Positions 57,301 to 63,300 of a stretch of 64,000 nucleotides of DNA are shown one piece after another. The number at the start of each line of letters is the position of its first letter. Position 1 is the first letter of the stretch. The notes beneath the pieces are model-generated. The model was not told where the DNA came from. It made no database searches and saw nothing but the letters and a program-made list of their open reading frames with translations. The position numbers and the translations under genes were made by a program. The DNA comes from Candidatus Omnitrophota bacterium (lineage in GTDB: Bacteria > Omnitrophota > Gorgyraeia > Zapsychrales > Zapsychraceae): contig JBFWOS010000003.1 of the NCBI GenBank assembly GCA_050250375.1, positions 559,286 to 623,285 on the forward strand, read 5' to 3'.

Positions 57301-60300
57301 GAACGGCCACCACGCTGGTCAACAACGCGAACAGATATCCGTAGGTCAACAAGGCCAGGCCGGAGATCGCCGCCACGCTGATCAACGCCTTCACCAGGAC
57401 GCCGTTTCTCGGACGGGAAACTGGCCGTTCGTTCGTTGTTTTACGGACCGGCTCATCCGGCATCATGGCCAGCGGGGCCAATCCGTTCTCAATGACACCG
57501 GCGCGGCCGATGAACAGCGGTTCGATGAACCTGAATGAATCGGCCGGAACGATTTTGTTAACAGCCAGATGCTCCAGGAACAGCGCGGCGTTGAATACAT
57601 GCATGGTCGGTTCGCCGCTTAGATTGGATACTTGGTCGGCCGGGATCGCTTCGCGCATCTTCTCGATTTCCTGATCGGTATCGATAAATATGCGATGGCG
57701 CCGTCCGCGGGCGATCTCATAGGTGATCCAGGCCGGATCAGCCACGGCGCTGTAAACCTTAGGCTGTTTCAGGCCGTTCAATTCTTCTTTCTTAAGGATC
57801 AGGTAAGCGATATCAAATGAATAACGTAATAATTTTTGTTTGTCTTCGTTGCTAAAGCTTGACTTCAACACGTTTTGTTCGACCCTCTTGTTCAACCGTT
57901 TTAATTCTTTACGGTTAAGATCTCTGTCTTCCTTGATGAAGCTCAAAATTTGAGCCGGAACAACCCAGGCAAATCCGACTTCCGGAACAAAATTCCATTT
58001 AAACGCGGTCTTGACCGGAAGTTTGTAGGCAAAATGGTAGAACAACAGGATCGGTGAACGGATCAACCCGACCACAAACGATGAAACAAGATATGAAATA
58101 ACTGCGGCTGCCGCTGTAAAGAAGATGTTTCCGCCGGATAAGCTGAAATAGACGTAAGCCGTTGATGTTGAAACGCCCAGGATCTTGACCGTTTCGGTCA
58201 CGACTTTTGAGGCCAACAATGTATAGAACATGGCCCAGTAGCCGTTGATTTGTTTTTGGGTCAGACGGCCGCTCGCCAGGGCGCGGTGTGAAGCGAATAT
58301 CAGCAGTTTACGCAGGCTGTTGACTTTTACGGTCACGGACTTCTGGGCTGCCCGGCTGCCGGCGCGGGCCATCAGGAACATACCCCATACGGCCAGGAAC
58401 AGGACGAATTCAGCGATCCCCTGTCCGAATTTGTTTAAGGTGGAGGCAACGCCGCGAACTTCAGTTTCCGATTCCCCAATCGTTTTAACTTTAGTTTCAT
58501 GTGTTAATGAACGGGCGCTGCCTCCAACAGGTTGTATTTCTGAAATTATTTCTTGAGAGTCTACAGGGGTGATGCCGACAACTTCGGTTTCCGATTCCCC
58601 AATCGTTTTAACTTTAGTTTCATTTGTTAATGAACGGGCATCACCCCTGTTAGATTTTGTGGAGACAGCACCTTCAACTTTTGCTCCCGATTCCCCAATC
58701 GTAACTTTAGTTTCTGTTAATGAACGGGTGCTGTCTCCAATATGTTGTGTTCCTGTTTGAACTTCTGGTGAAATTACAGGGGTGATGCCGGCATCTTCAG
58801 TTTTCGATTCCCCAATCGTTTTAACTTTAGTTTCATTTGTTAATGAACGGGCATCACCCCTGTTAGATTTTGCGGAGACAGCACCCTGGTCTTCAGTTTC
58901 CGATTCCCCAATCGTAACTTTAGTTTCTGTGAACGAACGACGGGCGCTGTCTCCGACATGAGCTGCATCTCCTTGGAGATACATATCGGTCAATATTCTT
59001 AATTGGTCTGATGTTAATTGCGGATAGTTTGGTTCAATGTCGGCCTGAGGATTGACGCTGAGTCTTTCGGCCGTGAGAGCTTTTTGTCTGTCCTGGGCGG
59101 CGATTTGTGCGTTGATTTGTTCTGACACATCGCGGCCTTCTTCTTCCAGGCGGATCATATCGACGAAGAATGGAATCATGATGACTGGGTCATAGGCTTC
59201 CCAGCTGCCGTTGTTTTCACCGGTACGGCTGTATCTGAATCCGACATGGATATGGTCTTCAATCGGCCGGCCGTTTAAGCGGTCTGCGGCATTACCGGTG
59301 ACGCCTGAATGACCAACGACTTGGCCGAGTTCGACCTGTTCTTGCTGTTTGACATCGGATTTTGTTAAATGACTGAACTCGACGCGGATCCAGATACCGG
59401 CGACTTTGCGGTCAACAAAGACGACCAGCCCGTCTCTGCTTGTCTCGACTTTAAGGATTTGACCTTCCCAAGGCGTTCTGACCGGGGTATTGCGCGGCGT
59501 CAAGAAATCAACCCCACGATGATAATCGCTGTTTAATCTGAACGCGCCGAAATAATTGTACGGACGGATCAACCGTTTGATGACATCTTCAGGTTTTTCC
59601 ACCGCTTGAACGTCGGTTGCATCCATATTCGCCTGCTCAACGGTGTTAACTTGACCGACGGCCCGAAGGGAAAGAACGAGCAGAACGATAAACAACACGG
59701 CCGCGAGTATCACAGAGACCAGGCGTCTTGTCGGTGTTCCGGCTTTTCGGGCTGTTTGTTCCGCGGCGAACAGTTCAGTGACGGTGCGGTCAATCGGACG
59801 GTTATAGTCAAGCGCGCCAAGATTGATCACGATAAACAGTGTTTGATATTTTTTACCCTGATGTTCTTCGTCAATCGTAATGAATCGGTAAGCGTCCCGG
59901 CCTTCTTTGGCTAAAAGATCAAGCACTCTGGTCTGGAATTCCATGCCGCGGGAAGACACATTTCGATTAATGACGGTGTCGATCCCTTTGTTAAACAACC
60001 ACTGCAGCGTTATGCGGTAGGCTTCAACGGAATATTGTTCACGGATCAATTTTGATGAGCTGGTGGAAACGACGGCCGGTTTGCTCTTGCCCCTGAAGAA
60101 CACCCCGATATTCAAGTCGCCGGTTGTCTGGTTTTCACGATCACGTAAATCAAGCAGGATATGTGTCTCTTCCCGTGAGGTGCCGCGGACGTTGAGTCGG
60201 GCGATCTTGCCATCGAGGACGGTTCCGGCGAACATTTCTTCATAAACGGTGTCGGATTTTTGCTGATCGGTCAGGTCTAGATCGACCAATACGACCAGGC

Positions 60301-63300
60301 CGGTCAGTTCGTTCAGATAATTTTCAGAAACTTCAATACCGAACGTTCTGAATGCGTTTAATAATTCTGTCAGTTCTTTTTGGTTGGCGGCTGAAGTGAA
60401 ATAAGAAATACTTGTATTGTTCCGGACCGTCTCCTCATCCTTACCGAATTGTTGATGGCCAAACTCATGACGGAAGACATCCGCCAGCAATGTAATAAAT
60501 TCTTCAGTTGATTTTTTGCCGGCTGTGAATGGCGGCGCGCGTGCGAGGAAGGCGCGGTTGACCATCACGATACCGGCTGTTTCACTATATTCAGCCAGCC
60601 GCTGGGCCAGATCGGTAATTTCTACATGAGCAGCCTGAGCCAGCTTTCCGATCTTTCTTAAGGCTTCAGCCACGTACAATTGTTGATCGATTTCATCCGC
60701 AGTCCGGCCGGACGGGGTATGGCCGCGTAATTCAGCCGGATAATTATGAGATGGACGGTTTGTCATCGGATGGGTCAATATCCATTCCGCCATCAGCCGG
60801 CGGTATAAGGCGGCCGGGTTATCCGCCGCCTTCCTGCGGATTTCCGCGGCGGTCAGCCTGACCGCGTTCAAGACCCCGCGCTGATCGATCAGGCCCCGGA
60901 CATGTTCCAGGTTTTGCGCTGCCGGCAAGCCGAGGATATTCCATCCTTGCAAGAAGTTGCTGACAATCCCGCGGTGCCCGTACGGCGTCGCTTTCAGGTG
61001 GAATTGTTTGGCCGCGTAAGTCACGTCCAGCGAAAGAATTTCCTGTGTTTCCAGTTCGCCCAACCGGGCCATCTGGGCGGCCATATGTTCGATGGTGACG
61101 TACAGCCATTGGGCTTCCTTCGATAACGGGCCGTTGGTCAATTGATGGGACAACTGCCGGACCAGGCCGTTGAGCAGCTTGAAATTCATGGACGGCCATA
61201 TGACCGTACCATGATAGTTGTCTTCAAAGACTTCGTACAGGTCGGCTTCTTTCAGACCGTTACGGTTTTCCGCCGCCAGCGGAGCTTTGACCACACGTTC
61301 CGCAGCCGATACCGGTATGACGTTGGCCAAGACCGGCCCAAAGGTGGTGGCGTTGCCGCCCAAAGCCACCGGGGTCAAGATCACCCTCAGTCCCTGGCGG
61401 ATCTGCTCGAGCGTGTACCCTTCGGCGGTGGTCGTGCCGAAAGTCAGTTCGTCCGTATCCGGCAGGGTGATCTTTTGTCCACTGCGGTCCAAAGCGATAG
61501 CGACATATTCCAGCGTTTCATCGGCCAAAGCCTGATCCAGGAACCGTGACACGCCGGCCAGGAACCGTTCGACGCTGTTATTTTCGACGCGGATATTGGA
61601 ACCAATAATCTTTTGCGCGTCGGTGATCAGGGCTTTTACATACGACAGGTCGCCCATGCTTTGTTCGATTTCCCAGGCCATCCAGGCAAGAATATTCGTT
61701 TTCAATTGTTCTTTGGTACGGGTCACCTTAAACGGCTGGTCGGCCCCGTTCCAGACACCGATCAGCGTATCAAAGTCCACACCGACAAACACTTCAAACA
61801 CGCCGGCTTCCTGAAGACGGCGGATCGCCTTCAGGGCCATCGGCATTAACAGGATATTGATCAGGGCCGCATAGGCGCCGAACCCGAGAGAATTATCCGC
61901 GTCTCTCCATGTCATGCGCGGATCGTTGTCCCTGGCGCCGACCATCGTGCGGTATGTCAACGGCTGGGTGATGCCGCCGGCGATGGCATAAACATGACGG
62001 GAAACGTCTCTGAGAATTTCGCCGACCGTTCTGATTTCTTTTTGATGTCTTAGGAAGACCGGTTCGTTGTGGTCGAGAAGTTTATATCGCAACAACGTTT
62101 CGGCCAGGCTCAACAGCAGCAGTTCCGTATCCACCCGGTTGGCTTTAAACCGTTTCTCCGCGTGCGTCTTGCTGGCGAAACGGATATCGGTTTCGTGGGT
62201 CAACTGCCCTTCCCGGACCAGACCCAGCAGATGGATGAATTGCGAGCGCAGGACTTCCGGACGGACATAGCCGATCAATTCCCGCAGGATGATGACAGTA
62301 TCGCCGCCGAACGGCGTCAGATAATACGGTGAACCGGCCAGAATGGCGGCGTTCTTGGTGATCAGGTATTGACCGGTGTACAGTTGCATCATGAAGCGGT
62401 CATATCGGGCCGTACCGCGTAATTGTTCGGCGGCCTTAAGCACATCAGCAGTATAAAGTTCTTCCAGCGTGTAATGTTCCAGCGGCGTGTGGTTGCTGGC
62501 GATGTCCACCGTGAAGCGCACGGCCCGGCCGTCCGCTGGCCGGCTGATCACCAGACCGTTATTTTCGTTAACGGTGACGGTGGTGCCGGCGTTGAAGGCG
62601 ACCGTCAGGACATAATAGTGGGAGTCACCGTTGCCGTTGTCTTTGGCCGGCTGCAGGGCTCGCAGGACCACCCCTTGAGGCTGACGGATGATCTGCCATC
62701 CGCCGACCTTGATATCATGGCCGTTGCCGACATTTTCCTGAATATCGCGGTTGGCTTCCGGGTCATCCCCGGTGCGGCGGTTATAATTTCTGATTGAACG
62801 GCCGCTGCCGAACAGCATGTTGTCCAGAACCAGATCGCCTTGTGTTTCGACGGTCATGGTGTATCTCACCCCGCTGAATCCTTGCTGGCCGGCGCCGAAC
62901 GGTTGCCCCGGCTCGACGCTCATATAACGGATCGCCGGCACAGACGCTTTACCGTTGATCACCTGACTCATCTCGAAGGTAACCTTGGTGTTTCCGGTTG
63001 CCCGGGAAATATCGATGGCAGTGGTGTCGGCCAGATTGGTCCGCACCAGGTGGCTGAACAGGTTGCGGCCGGTGTCACGGGCCACCACATTCAGAATACC
63101 GCCCTGTTCTTTGACGACGACGGTATCTTGTTCATGATCGATGATGATACCGGCAACAGCTTTCGCGGACGCCAGACGGTTCAACGCCTGCATGTACTCC
63201 GTCTGAACGGTTACGCCGAATTTTCGATAAGCCTTCAGCAACTCGGCCAGTTCCCGACGGTTGACGGTTGATTGGAAGTACAGGATGCTGGTGTTCGCCT

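Noticed and set aside
56600-57350. Mpv17/PMP22-like assignment for a TM bundle in the giant protein
   Set aside because: The resemblance (TDLTGQ) is too weak to call without a profile search.
58441-58955. CRISPR array interpretation of the tandem repeats
   Set aside because: The intervening sequences are self-complementary arms reused between units, spacing is irregular, copies are dispersed and in frame in a CDS, and no cas genes are in the window.
33832-58955. Hammerhead ribozyme or known riboswitch identity for the repeat
   Set aside because: GAAAC..GU is present but there is no conserved CUGAnGA. I could not match the core to any riboswitch consensus I know; an Rfam search is still needed.
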